Assembly (NCBI GenBank): GCA_030390025.1
Contig: CM059433.1
Coordinates: 2,852,001-2,916,000, forward strand
Length of the DNA stretch: 64,000 bases
Reading direction: 5' to 3'
Origin: Squalus acanthias
Taxonomy: Eukaryota
The notes under the pieces are model-generated. The model saw only the letters and a program-made list of their open reading frames with translations, searched no databases and was not told where the DNA came from. Below are positions 1-13,142 of this stretch, piece by piece (position 1 is the first letter of the stretch; every line of letters begins with the position of its first letter). Both the position numbers and the translations under genes were made by a program.

Positions 1-324
1 CTCTTGTATCCTCAAAACCTGGGCAGCTTCCTCAATGCGTATGTGTCCCAAACTGTGCGACAAATGGTCAGCAATTGTTTTCCTCTTCATATCAGTGGGC
101 CCCAAAGTCCTTTGCACCATTTCCCGGAAGATGTTCCTGTCTTTGTAACACCCGACCATTTGTTCCTGCTCAGGGTCCGTCGCTTCCTGATCTGATTAAC
201 AGCTTTCGTACAAAGTTCCCACAGGAACCAACCTCTCAGCCTCCTGAAGCATGCTGGGATATTAAATCTGGTCACCTTTTTAAGTTTGGTCAAGTGAAAC
301 CAAATTCTTACAGCAAATGGCTTA

Positions 325-3060
325 TTCTTACAGTCCTCATCTCAGTCTTAAAGGCCGACCCCCTTATCCTGAGACTATGCCCCCTAGTTCTAGTCTCTCC
401 ACTCAGGGGAAACAATCTCTCAGCATTTATCCTGTCAATCCCCCTCAGAATCTTACATGTTTGAATGAGATCAACTCTCATTTTTCTAAACTCCAGAGGG
501 TACAGGCCCAATCTACTCAATCTCTCCTCATAGGACAAACATCTCATCCCAGGAATCAATCTAGTGAACCTTCGTTGCACCGCCTCTAAGGCAAGTATAT
601 CCTTCCTCAGATAAGGAGACCAAAACTGTGCACAGCATTCCAGGTGTGGTCTCACCAAAGCCCTGTACAATTGTAGCAAGACTTCCTTACTCTTGTACTC
701 CAACCCCCTTGCAATAAAGGCCAACATGCCATTTGCCGTCCTTATTGCTTGCTGTACCTGCATGTTAACTTTCTGTGTTTCTTGTACTACGACACCTAAA
801 TCTCGCTGAACACCAACATTTAATAGTTTCTCACCTTTTAAAAAATATTCTGCTTTTCTATTCTTCCTACCAAAGTGAATAACCTCACATTTCCCCACAT
901 TATACTCCATCTGCCACCTTATTGCCCACTCACTTAACCTGTCAATATCCCTTTGCAGACTCTTTGTGTCCTCCTCACAGCTTACTTTCCCACCAAGCTT
1001 TGTATCATCAGCAAACTTGGATACATTGCACTCGGTCCCTTCATCTAAGTCATTAATATAGATTGTAAATAGCTGAGGCCCCAACACTGATCCTTGTGGC
1101 ACCCCACTAGTTACAGCCTGCTAATCTGAAAAAGACCCATTTATCCTTACTCTCTGTTTTCTGTCTGTTAACCAATCCTCTATCCATGCTAATACATTAC
1201 CCCCAACCCCATGTGCCCTTATCATGCAGGACAACCTTTTATGTGGCACCTTATCAAATGTCTTTTGGAAATGCAAATATACTACATCCACTGGTTCCCC
1301 TTTATCTATTCTGCTAGTTACATCCTCAAAAAACTCTAATAAATTTGTCAAACACGATTTCCCTTTCATAAAACCATGTTGACTCTGCCTAATCATATTA
1401 TAATTTTGTAACTGCCCTGTTACCACTTCCTTACTAATGGGTTCCCCATTTTCTCTCTCCCTCCTTTCCAGAATAGTGGGGTTACATTTGCTATCTTTCA
1501 ATCCGTTGGGTCCATTCCCGAATCTAGGGAATTTTGGAAGATCACAACCAATGCATCCGCTATCTCTGCAGCCACCTCTTTCAGAACCCTAGGATGTAGG
1601 CCATCAGGTCCAGGGGGTTTGCCGGCATTTAGTCCCATTAGTTTCTCAAGTACTTTTTCTTGACTGATATTAATTACTTTAAGTTCCTCACTCTCATTAG
1701 CCCCTTGGTTCCCCACTATTTTTGGTATATTTTTTGTGTCTCCTACTGTGAAGACAGATACAAAATATTTGTTTAAAGTCTCTGCCATTTCCTTGTTCCC
1801 CATTATAATTTCTCCTGTCTCAGGCTCTAAGGGACCAATGCTTGCTTTTGCTACCCTGTTCATTTTTACATACTTGTAGAAGCTCTTACAATCTGTTTTT
1901 ATATTTCTTGCTAATTTATTCTCATTCTATTTCCTCCATTTTTTTAATCAGTTTTTTGATCATCCTTTGCTGTTTTCTAAAGCTCTCCCAATCCTTAGGC
2001 TTACTATTATTCTTTGCAACATTAGAAGCCTCTTCTTTTAATCTAATAATATCCTTAACCTCTTTAGTTAGCCACGGATGGATCACTTTTCCTGTTGATA
2101 TTTTATGTTTGCCATTGCTTATCTACCGCCATACATTTTGATCTAATTTCCCAATCTACCTTAGCCAACTCGCCCCTCATACCTATGAAATTGGCTTTGG
2201 TTAAGTTTAGGACTCTAGTTTCGGAGCTTAAGAATGTCACTCTGAAACTCAATGTGAAATTCTATCATATTATGGTCACTCTTCCCTAGAGGATCCTTTA
2301 CTATAAGATTATTAATTAACTCTGTCTCATTACACAAAACAAGATCTAAAATAACCTGTTCCCTAGTTGGTTCCATGATGTATTGTTCTTGAGAACTGTC
2401 TCAAATACATTCCATGAACTCGTCCTCCAGACTACCCTTGCCAATTTGATTTGCTCAATCTATATGAAGATTAAAGACACCCACGATTATTGCATTACCT
2501 TTGTTACAAGCCCCTATTATTTCTTGATTAATACTCTGTCCAATGGTATAGCTACTGTTAGGGAGCCTATAAACTACTCCGACCACAGTTTTCTGCCCCT
2601 TTTTATTTCTTATCTCCACCTATACCGATTCTACTTCCTGATCTTCTGAGCCAGGATCCTTTCTCGCTACTGTTCTTATGTCATCCTTAATTATCAGGGC
2701 TACCCTCACTCCTTTTCCAGTCTGCCTGTCTAATCAAAATGTCAAGTACCCTGGAGTATTTAGTTCCCAATCCTGGGCACCTTGCAATCATGTCTCTGTA
2801 ATGGCTATTAGATCAAACCCATTTATTTCTATTTGTGCCACTAATCTTGTTACGGATGCTCCATGCATTCAGGTAAAGAGCCTTTAGTTTTAACTTTTTA
2901 CCATTATTCCCTGCTTTCACCTTATTCGCTGATGCACTATTACCTTTAAACTTTCTGTCCCTTCCTGTCACTCTCTGTTTATCTTTACCCAAATCGCTAC
3001 ATTACTCTATTGCCTTGACTTTTTCCTTTAGATTACTAAATTTCCCCTCACCTGCCCCCT
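325..3060 (-). mobile_element. CR1-clade LINE, decayed ORF2 (APE endonuclease + RT) with internal deletions
   Basis: ORFs 308-1102, 1121-1501 and 1498-1863 carry PQGSVLGP, FADD, QHGFMKGKSCLTNLLEFFE and PGPDGLHPRVLKE; endonuclease-like remnants lie toward 2200-2880. Confidence 0.95.
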
Positions 3061-3204
3061 CTCCCTCTTTTTAGTTGAAAGTCCTATCTGCAGCCCTTGT
3101 TATTCGATTCACCAGGTCACTGGTCCCAGCCCCATTAATGTGGAACCTGTCCCAACAGAACAGCTCCCTCTTTCTCCAGTACTGATGCCAGTACCCATGA
3201 ATCG

Positions 3205-3392
3205 AAACTCCCTTGCTCTTTCCCCATAGCCCTGTAAATTTTCCCCATCAAGTATTTATCCAATTCCCTGTTGAAAGTTACTATTGAATCTGCTTCCACC
3301 GCCCTTTCAGGCAGCGCATTCCAGATCACAACAACTCGCTGCGTAAAAAAAAAGTTTCCTCATGTTGCCTCTGGTTGTTTTGCCGGTCACCT
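3205..3392 (-). mobile_element. CR1 LINE 3' fragment
   Basis: WNALPERAVEADSIVTF..ELDKYL motif; near-copy at 20900-21070. Confidence 0.85.
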
Positions 3393-3684
3393 TGGCTGAA
3401 ATTTTTACAGTGGAGTCGGGTCGGGTGCGTGTGGGCCACGTAGCGGGTCAAGAACGTGACGTTCTGCTCAGCCCGTTCTTCAGTGCGACTTTAACTTAAT
3501 GGCCCCACTTAAAGCAGTCATGTGCATTTCCCGGCCCAATTTAATGGAGTGGATCTGATGACGTAATCGATGACTCGTTTCCAGCGCTGATATTTAAAGC
3601 AGCCTTGCACTCAACTCATTTGAAGGTTGCTAGAGGAGTGTGGAAGCTAAAATACAAAGGGCTGAGTACTGTTCTAATCTATCA

Positions 3685-5543
3685 ATGATGGATAGTCAAA
3701 GGCAGAGGGCTGCCGCATGATTTTCTGATGCATCCCTGCATACTCTGGTGGAGGCAGTGAGAGCACGCAGGGAGGTCCTCTTCCCTGCCGATAGGCGCAT
3801 GAGAACACCAAAAGACACCAAAAGAGCCTGGCTGGAGATAGCAGAGGAGGTCAGCAGCAGGGACCTGGATCCAGTGCAGGAAATGATTCAATGATCTCAT
3901 GAGGTCAGGAAAGGTGAGTGCAATCTCACACTCACCCTCATCCTGCTGTGTCTGTCACCACATCCCCATCACTCTACCTTCCCAAGCCTACTCCTGCACA
4001 TCATTCCTCACACCAACATACCTTGCATGTCCACCCATCCTTCTCTGACTATGCACCTACTCACATCCCTATCTGACTAACCACCCCTGACACTCACCCT
4101 CATCCTAATGCAATCATAGCAAGTAACACCACAAAAAGAGGCCATTTGGCATTGGCACCACATTCCCTCATAGGCACTCTCTACAGATGTAACCCATTCA
4201 TTCCTTACACTCATTACGTCACTCTCACTTAAACTTCTCTTCTTTCCCTTCTTGCAGGAGAAAAGAGCCCAGAACACGCAGGAGAAGCAGAGAACCGAAG
4301 GTGGCCCTCCAGTATTTACCCAACTGACTCTAGCAGAGGAGGGGGCCCTGGAGATATCAGAAGTTGCAGAGCTGCTGGTGGTGGGAGATGGGGAGAGGGG
4401 GACCTCCCAGCAACCTGGTGACAGAATTACACCTCATACAGCCACATGGCACACTGCAGTCACTCATATGGGCACTGATGTCAGCAGCCAGTGAAATGCC
4501 ATCATGTGCATAATGTAACGTTACTCATTCTTATTATAACACTTCTAATTCATTTCTTTAATCTCCCACAGATCCATCAAGTGCCCCACCTCACCCCCCC
4601 ACTGTCCAGCTGGAGGAGGAAGATGATTCCTCAGAGGAGCCTCCAGCCTCTGAGGGTGCAGCGTCAGCAGACCCAAGCGCAGCCAGCACCAGCGCAGATA
4701 CGCAAACCTCGGAGCGTCCTGTGCGCCATAGAGTTCTCACCTGGTGTCTCACACTTCACAACCGAGCAAGAGCAGATGGTGTTGACAGGGACAGCAGTGG
4801 AGCGTCCTTACCGGAGGACGCAGGACGCTCCCAGCTCTGCTCAGCTGCATGCAGACGCTGAACCTCGGGGGCCATCGAGAAAGAGGATGATCTTGGAGGG
4901 GCAGCAACAATTGCACGAGGCTCTGACAGCTTTTGCAGCCGCAATGTGTGCAACTGTACAGAGAATGGAGGAGTCCATCTCCAACATGAGCAGCACCATG
5001 TCGCAGGTGATGGCGACGATGTGCTGTTCCATGGAAAGGATGGCCACCTGCACGGAGCAGCAAATATGCCAGTCACCTGAGCACATGCTAGCTGTGGACA
5101 ACTGATGGTAGACTCTCATTGACCTCATCTCTAGGAGGGATATAAACATAGACTTGGGCGTTCATCACCCCACTGCTGTGCAACAAGGTGCTCTCCAGTT
5201 CCTTGGTAGCAGGGAAGTGCGGGTCGCTCATGAGAGGCTTGATGTTGAGAGGGGACAGGGAAGTAGGGGCTCTCCTCAAAGTGCTCCCACTTCTCCTCTG
5301 TTACCTCGCCCTCAGTCAGAGCCCCAGATGCTTCCTCAGATCGCGATGGCTGAGTCTGCCCCTGCACAGTCGCAGGAGGAGCAGAGTTTGGCCGGGCCAT
5401 CACAGGCTCCAAAACCCAGAGCACGTCTGTCAAAAGTGTCTAACGAGTTGCAGCAGGGAAGTGAGCAGCCTCCTCTACCTCAGCTGAAGCCACAGGGGTT
5501 GTACCTCATAGAAGCACTCAGAAAAGAAAAAAGACAAAAATAG
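3685..5543 (+). pseudogene. Harbinger Myb/SANT-like DNA-binding protein gene; exons ~3685-3913, 4258-4417, 4572-5543
   Basis: Exon 1 reads R(*)FSDASLHTLVEAVRARREVLFP..KRAWLEIAEEVSS..TWIQCRK(*)FNDL with donor AAG|GTGAGT at 3913; exon 2 follows CTTGCAG| and has RTEGGPP; CGA>TGA-type stops and frameshifts present. Confidence 0.85.
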
Positions 5544-5849
5544 ATGCACACGGGTATGCGCATGGGTGTATGATAAAATGTTAATGTTAAGTTTCAGTTA
5601 TTTTGATGACACACCTAAATGTATTTCTTTGCACCACTTTTTGGTCTTGTCCATTTTTGCTTGCTACCTTGGAAGTGGCTTTGTCACTTGGAGTGAATGG
5701 TGAGACATTATGTGACCTCGAGCACTGGGGTTTGGGTGAGAGGAATAGCTTGGTCATTGTAGGACGGCTTTGTGGTGTTGTTGGGGGAGTGGGGGGGGGG
5801 GGGGAATTTAGTACAGCATGTGGCAGCCATGTGGCTGCACTGGAGCAAG

Positions 5850-8150
5850 TTAAGTAAATCTGGCCATGGTGAGGACATCCCGGGCCTCGTGGGCAACAAT
5901 GTGCGCCACTGCTGATGCCTTCTCCACCTCAGGTTCCTCCTCCTGCCCCTCCTCATCTTGCACCTGCTCCTCCTCCTCTGAAGAGGCTGTGCGCTCTGCG
6001 CCTTGCTCCTCCTGCAGCTCCAATCCTCGCTGCTGCGCTATGTAGAATTCGCAAATTATCGCGATTTCGAAATAACGAGATAGAGACATACAGTTTCGTA
6101 AAAACAGCTTTATTTCAGCAAAATGCTGTCAGGTTCAAAAACGGACACAAGCAGCCTGTAAAATGGCCGCCGTGCCTCGTGGCAGAAGTTTCTAGACTTT
6201 TCAGTAGGCAGACAAGATGGCGTTTCAATAAACATTTCAGCAAGATCGGACAGTACTCAGCATAATGAAATAAGACAAGACGCGATCGTTTTGCATTTTG
6301 TACACCTAAGAGAACATAAGTGCTGGAATCGGTTTTCCATGCACAAACAAGGGCTATTGTACTGGGCAATTAAGGGCCCATCCAAAGACATTGATACGCA
6401 AATTCCCCGCGGCTCTACGATGAGAGAGCCGTTCGCGGGTACTCACAGCAAGAATTCGGAGGGCCCCAAAACCCCTCCAGGGAGACTCCTAGCCGGTTCC
6501 ACAATGGGAGAAACATTAACGGGTACTTAGACAGTTACAAGTATCACCGAAACCCATTAACGACAAGAACCACCCCATACAAGAAGTTTGAGCGCCAAAA
6601 CATGACAAAAGATGAACATTAAGATTGGGCGGGAGATAAAGAATTACAGTACTATAACTGTAGTAAACAAACGTCCATCTTTCTCTTGATTCGACCCCTG
6701 GCTATCGTTTGCGGCCCACCGAGCTCTTGGTCCGCTGATCTTGCGGGAGTCAACCTCGTGGCTTGCCGCGAAGATCTGTGAAGAGCTGGGCTGCGAAGGC
6801 CGGTAAGCGGGTACACCATCCCGAGGGTCGGTAGACGGTGTAGGGACCCGAAGGCCCGACGAGACGAAACGAGATGAGAAGAGAAGAAGAAGAATCCACG
6901 TGCCGCCGCGGTCAGTAAACCCCGACCGCGCCCGAAAATATATAGACCATTTTTGAACTCTATAGGTTACTGCACAAACTGATGCAGGAAGACTTTTCTT
7001 CGAATTTTATCGAACTGGTGTCGATCCAGAAAGACTCTTCTTTGAATTCTACCGGCTAACTGGTGTCGGGCACAGGAAGACTCTTCTTTGAGTTTTATCA
7101 GAGTTCCGAGGTCAACACAGATCTTCATGACAGCAGACGGTCCAGCCTGCTAGCCGGAGCAAAGCGAGTAAACAAGTGGGGTACAGAGACCCCTGATCAA
7201 CACGTGAATAGTCAGGTGCTGTGGCGAAATCATCCGAGCATCGTTTTAGAATTCTCCGAGTTATCACGAGTGGTGAGCATGGTTCTCGATCCTACAGACC
7301 TAGATTAGGACAGATATTGATAGGGGAGGGTTTTTGTTTTAAGGATAATTATAATGTGTGCCCCTTTTTACGATGTGTCATGCGCTCCTCGTTTCCCTAA
7401 ACCTAGTTGCATAAATGTATGTAAGTTTGTACTGTCATTAATCTGTGCTCATGACATGTATTTCGTAATCTTGAATAATATGCAATAAAGATTTTCCATT
7501 TCGTCCTATTCAACCGGGTCTACCTGAGTTTTTCTCTGCATTTACTGCTCTCGCACCTAAGTCCAGTGTCAGAACCGTAAGGGCGAGTGGGTCGAACCAC
7601 TCACAGGTGTCTAGTGCTACCAGGCTGGCTGGAGACCAGAACAGGCAACAAGGCCTAACCCCGCACTAGCACCCAGGCTAAGCACAGAGCCACGCGAACC
7701 CCTTACAGCTATGTTGTGCAGCGCGCAGCAAACGACGATTATTGTAGAGACCCTGGCTGGTGCGTACTGAAGGGCTCCTCCAGATCTGTCAAGGCATCTG
7801 AAGTGCATCTCAGCATGCCTATTGCTTGCTCTATGACACATCTGGTGGAGATGTGGCTCTCATTATAACGCTCCATGGCCTCCGTACTTGGCGTCCTCAA
7901 GGGTGTCGTGAGTCACGTCTTCAGTGGATAGCCCTCGTCTCCAAGCAGCTAGCCGGTAAGTCTGTTTGGAGGTGTGAAGAGCTGAGGGAGGGTGGACTGG
8001 TGCAGGACGAAAGAGTCATGACAGCTGCCAGGGAATCTGGTGCACACATGCATGATGATCTTTTTATGGTTGCAGACGAGCTGCACATTGAGGGAGTGGA
8101 AGCCCTTACAGTTCACAAACACTCCTTCAATCTGGCCAGCTGGCAGGTGA
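5850..8150 (-). pseudogene. Harbinger (HARBI1-like) DDE transposase, C-terminal half, split by LTR at 6041-7707
   Basis: [46 protein letters not shown] and CCALHNIA|QQRGL (rejoined across the LTR), followed by an acidic tail; N-terminal IDCTH motif absent. Confidence 0.9.
6041..7707 (+). mobile_element. Solo LTR, 1667 bp (ERV or Gypsy)
   Basis: TGTA...TACA termini; perfect 4-bp TSD GCTA (6037-6040 / 7708-7711); removal restores the transposase frame; TATA ~6653, AATAAA 7484-7489. Confidence 0.9.
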
Positions 8151-8319
8151 GAAATGGAGTAAAAAAATTTGATTGAGGTCCTGCCGTTAAATTTGGTAGG
8201 ACCTCCACGTTCCTGGTATTTCCGGGTTCCCCAGCCATTGCCTGGCACCCCCGCTCCCTCCCCATAAATATCAGGGCCTTTGACTTTGGCCTAGCTTTAT
8301 ATACTTGCTAATACCTATT

Positions 8320-9376
8320 TTACATAGAATTACACAGAATTTACAGCACGGTGTTGCACAGAGCAGTCCCGTGCAATAAGTTTTTGAGTAGATTCATGGA
8401 CTCCCAGGCCGCCTGCAATTTCTGCGGCCTGGAGGAGTCCGTGTTTCACGTGTACATTGAGTGCGAGAGGTTGCAGCCCCTCTTCCACTATTTAAAGGGG
8501 CTGTCCTCAATTTTTCTTTGCACCTCAGTCCCACGCTCCTGATCTTTGACCACCGGTGGTGCGGAGGTAGGGGGGGGGGGGCGGGTAAGTCAGGGGACCT
8601 CCTCGTAGGACTGCTCCTGGGCCTGCCATCAACAGGTCCAGGCAACGGGCGGTCGAGGGGGTCGTTCGGCCCGACTGCCTGCCTCTCTTCCGCGGTTACG
8701 TACGCGCCCGGGTGGCCCTGGAGATGGAGCACGCGGTGTCTGCCGGAACGCTTGAGGCCTTCTGCCACCGTTGGCACCGGAGGGACTGGAGTGCATCATC
8801 AACCCACGGGACTGAATTTTAATTTAATTTGTTAAGTTCCTTTTAAACTTTAGGTTAATTTACAGTTTATTGGTTGTGCCCCTTTAAGAAGGGGGCACTT
8901 GCTGCCTTTTAATTGGTGATGGCAATTACCATCAATCTTCGTTAACAACTTTAAAGAGGCTCAACTGGTCTATGCTGGAGTTTATGCTCCACATGAGCCT
9001 CCTCTCAACCTGCTTGATCTGACCCTATCAGCATATCCTTCTATTCCTTGCTCCCTCATGTACTTATCTAGCTTCACCTTAAAGGCATCTATGTTCTTCG
9101 CCTCAACTACTCCCTGTGGCAGCAAGTTTTATATTCTAACCACTCTCTGAACAAAGAAGTTTCTTCTGAATTCTTCATTGGATTTATTAATGACTATCTT
9201 ATATTTATCCTAGTTTTTGAACTCTCTCAGAAGTGGAAACATCTTCTCTACGTTTACCCTATTAAACCCCTTTATAATTTTAAAGACCTCTATTAGCTCG
9301 CCGCTCAGCATTCTCTTTTCTAGAGAAAAGAGCCCCAGCCTGCTCAATCTTTCCTGATAGTTATAACCTCTCAGTT
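8320..9376 (-). mobile_element. CR1 3' end, split by the Tx1 fragment
   Basis: Tail ATAGAAT..TACAGCAC at 8320-8349 resumes at ~8956 with CR1 3'UTR and RT C-terminus (LGLFSLEKR). Confidence 0.75.
8350..8955 (+). mobile_element. Tx1/L1-clade LINE 3' fragment (ORF2 C-terminal CCHC zinc knuckle + 3'UTR)
   Basis: LHRAVPCNKFLSRF..AACNFCGLEESVFHVYIECERLQPLF is a zf-RVT-like C-x2-C..H..C pattern. Confidence 0.75.
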
Positions 9377-9478
9377 TGTTTGTACAGGGAAAACCAGAAT
9401 TACATGATTTTTTGTATAAATGTCTGAGATTTCCTAGGATAAAAATAATCCTGAGCTCCTCGTCATTAATATTTTTTT

Positions 9479-11820
9479 AAATTCGTTTATGGGATGTGGG
9501 CGTCGCTGGCAATGCCAGCATTTATTGCCCATCCCTAGTTGCCCTTGAGAAGGTGTTGGTGAGTGGCCTTCTTGAACCGCTGCAGTCCGTGTGGTGAAGG
9601 TACTCCCACAGTGCTGTTAGGGAGGGAGTTCCAGGATTTTGACCCAGCGACGATGAAGGATCGGCGATATACTTCCAAGTCAGGATGGTGTGTGACTTGG
9701 AGGGGAACTTGGAGATGGTGGTGTTCCCATGCGCCTGCTGCCCTTCTCCTTCTAGGTGGAAGAGGTCGCGGGTTTGGGAGGTGCTGCCGAAGAAGCCTTG
9801 GCGAGTTGCTGCAGTGCATCCTGTAGATGGTACACACTGCAGCCACGGTACGCCGGTGGTGGAGGGAGTGAATGTTTAAGGTGGTGGATGGGGTGCCAAT
9901 CAAGCGGGTTGCTTTGTCCTGGATGGTGTCAAGCTTCTTAAGTGTTGTTGGAGCTGCACTCATCCAGGCAAGTGGAGAGTATTCCATCACACTCCTTACT
10001 TGTGCCTTGTAGATGGTGGAAAGGCTTTGGGGAGTCAGGAGGTGAGACACGCACCACAGAATACCTAGCCTTTGACCTGCTCTTGTTGACACAGTATTTA
10101 TGTGGCTGGTCCAGTTAAGTTTCTGGTTAATGGTGACCCCCAGGATGTTGAAAGTGGGGGATTCGGCGATGGTAAGGTCATTGAATGTCAAGGGGAGGTG
10201 GTTAGACTCTCGCTTGTTGGAGATAGTCATTGCCTGGCACTTCTGTGGCGCGAATGTTACCTGCCACTTATCAGCCCAAGCCTGAACGTCGTCCAGGTCT
10301 TGTTGCATGCGGGCATGGACTGCTTCATTATCTGTGGAGGTGCGAATGGCGCTGAACACTGTGCAGTCATCAGCGAACATCCCCATTTCTGACTTTATGT
10401 TGGAGGGAAGGTCATTGATGAAGCAGCTGAAGATGGCTGGGCCTAGGACACTGCCCTGAGGAACTCCTGCAGCGATGTCCTGGGGCTGTGATGATTAACC
10501 TTCAACCATCACAACCATCTTCCTTTGTGCTAGGTATGAATCCAGCCAGTGGAGAGTTTTCCCCCTGATTCCCATTAACTTCAGTTTTACTGGAGCTCCT
10601 TGATGCCACACTCGGTCAAATGCTGCCTTGATGTCAAGGGCAGTCACTCTCACCTCACCTCTGGAATTCAGATCCTTTGTCCATGTTTGGACCAAGGCTG
10701 TAATGAGGTCGGGAGCCAAGTGGTCCTGGCGGAACCCAAACTGGGCATCAGTGAGCAGGTTATTGGTGAGTAAGTGCCACTTGATAGCATTGTCGATGAC
10801 ACCTTCCATCACTTTGCTGATGATTGAGAGTAGACTGATGGGGCGGTAATTGGTCGGATTGGATTTGTCCTGCCTTTTGTGGACAGGACATACCTGGGCA
10901 GTTTTCCACATTGTCGGATAGATGTCAGTGTTTTAGCTGTACTGGAACAACTTGGCTAGAGGCGCGGCTAGTTCTGGAGCATAAGTCTTCAGCACGATAG
11001 CCGGGATGTTGTCGGGGCCCATAGCCTTTGCTGTATCCAGTACGCTCAGCCGTTTCTTGATATCACGTGGAGTGAATCGAATTGGCTGAATACTGGCTTC
11101 TGTGGTGGTGGGGACCTCGGGAGTAGGGCGATATGGATCATCAACTTGGCACTTCTGGCTGAAGTTGGTTGCAAACGCTTCAGCCTTGTCTTTTGCACTC
11201 ATGTGCTGGGCTCCACCATCATTGAGGATGGGAATATTCTTGGAGCTTCCTCCTCCCGTTAGTTGTTTAATGGTCCACCACCATTCACAACTGGATGTGG
11301 CAGGACTGCAGAGCTTTGATCTGATCTGTTGATTGTGGGATCGCTTAGCTCTGTTTATAGCATGCTGCTTCCGCTGTTTAGCATGCATGTAGTCCTGTGT
11401 TGCAGCTTCCCCTGGTTGGCACCTCATTTTTAGGTACGCCTGGTGCTGCTCCTGGCATGCTCTTCTACACTCGTTGTTGAACCAGGGTTTGTTCCCTGGC
11501 TTGGTAGTAATGGTAGAGTGAGGGATATGTTGGGCCATGAGGTTACAGATTGTGGTGGAATACAATTCTGCTGCTGCTGATGGCCCACAGCGCCTCATGG
11601 ATGCCCAGTTTTGAGCTGCTAGATCTGTTCTGAATCTATCCCATTTAGCACAGTGGTAGTGCCACACAACATGATGGAGGGTGTCCTCAGTGTGAAGACG
11701 GGACTGTGCGGTGGTCACTGCTACCAATGCTATCATGAACAGATGCATCTGCGACAGGTAGATTGATGAGGACGAGGTCAAGTAGGGTTTCCCCTCTTGT
11801 TGGTTCACTCACCACCTGTC
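9479..11820 (-). mobile_element. CR1/L2-group LINE family B, ORF2 3' ~2.3 kb
   Basis: ORFs 10933-11808, 10495-10911 and 9535-10386 with KAMGPDNIP, NYRPISLLS, QFGFR, LDIKAAFDRVWH, MFADD. Confidence 0.95.
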
Positions 11821-12299
11821 ATACCATTAGAAGGAATCTTCTGTTATTCCCTACTTATGATTTAAACTTCATCCACTGATAAATGGTTAACGGTATCTGT
11901 TATGGCACAGGCCAATGATTGGTGAGATTGGTCAGAGGTCAGTGGTATAAAGTGAAGGGCAATCGTTTCACTTGCTTGATTTAACTGCATTCCAATCAAG
12001 TCAACATGAATCCTATTTCTAAATTACTTCTTTTGCACTTTACTCTTTATTTCCAATTGACTATTGATCTGGATTTGTATAAAAAGTCAGTAGATCGAAG
12101 AAGAGCACTAACTATAATTTTTTTATGACTACACTGTTGTCAAAGTTTTGCCTGGCAAGTTTCATCAAATCAGTAGAACTTCACATGCAAGGGAAAAAAA
12201 GAAACAGAGCTAATATACAAACTTAACTATTATGCCACAAGATTACAATATAACTATGGATGAGGAAAGTCAGTTACTGCCCATCTTAATACATCCCTT

Positions 12300-12758
12300 C
12301 AGAAAGAAAAAAGAAAAAGAAAGACTTGCATTTATTTATCGCCTTTCATGACCTCCGGACATCCCAAAACGCTTTACAGCCAATGAAATACTTTTGAAGT
12401 GTAGTCACTGTTGTAATGTAGCAAACACGTCAGCACAGCAAGGTCCCACAAACAGCAATGCGATAATGACCAGATAATCTGTTCCTTTAGCGATGTTGGT
12501 TGAGGGATAAATATTGGCCAGGACACCGGCGAGAATTCCCCTGCTCTTCTTCAAAATAGTGCCATGGGATCTTTTATGTCCACCTGAGAGAGCAGAAGGG
12601 GGTCTCGGTTTAACGTCTCATCCGAAAGACGGCACCTCCGACAGTGCAGCGCTCCCTCAGTACTGCACTGCACTGTCAGCCTAGATTTTTGTGCTCAAGT
12701 ATCTGGAGTGGAGCTTGAACCCACACCTTCTGACTCAGAGGCGAGAGTGCTACCCACT
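12300..12758 (-). mobile_element. tRNA-headed Deu-domain SINE (SacSINE1-like) with L2-type tail
   Basis: Minus strand has an A/B-box-like head (GGGTTCAAG), a GTCTTTCGGATGAGACGTTAAACC..AAAGATCCCATGGCAC core and an AAATGCAAGTCTTTC tail. Confidence 0.85.
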
Positions 12759-13142
12759 TAAAACAAAATACTGCAAATGCACAGAAAGTTAAAAATAACC
12801 TACCTTTTTACTCCTAACTTCTCAAGTTTACTCTGGGTGCAGTTCTTGTCAAAGTAGACTGGATGGGCAGTTTATACAATATTTGAGCCCTTTGTTTATA
12901 TCAAAATATATATTCAATTTAAATATGTAGGACATAAAGTAAAATTGTGCAGATATAAGAAATACAAGCAGCTTTCAAATTTGTATTGTGGTAATCAGAG
13001 TAATTTTGGGGGCGAAATTGGGTGTCTTTGTGCCTCCCGTTATGATGATGATTTAGTGATTATGTTAATGATGCTCTGTGGCTGTATTCAACAATTGTGA
13101 CACAAGGCTTCCTGTCTGGACAGCATTCACGTAATATCAGTC

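Larger units (their letters stand above)
3394..8278. mobile_element. PIF/Harbinger DNA transposon, internally deleted; convergent Myb gene (+) and transposase (-), interrupted by a solo LTR
   Basis: Two-gene layout typical of Harbinger; degenerate GG-starting termini; right end (8175-8278) resembles the right end of the MITE at 38990-39123. Confidence 0.85.

Noticed and set aside
5850..8150. Host HARBI1 or MSANTD gene
   Set aside because: Stops, deletions, LTR interruption and transposon context indicate a dead element, not a domesticated gene
12804..12858. Minus-strand mini-exon candidate (YFDKNCTQSKLEKLGVK|GTAGGT)
   Set aside because: Weak acceptor; short enough to occur by chance
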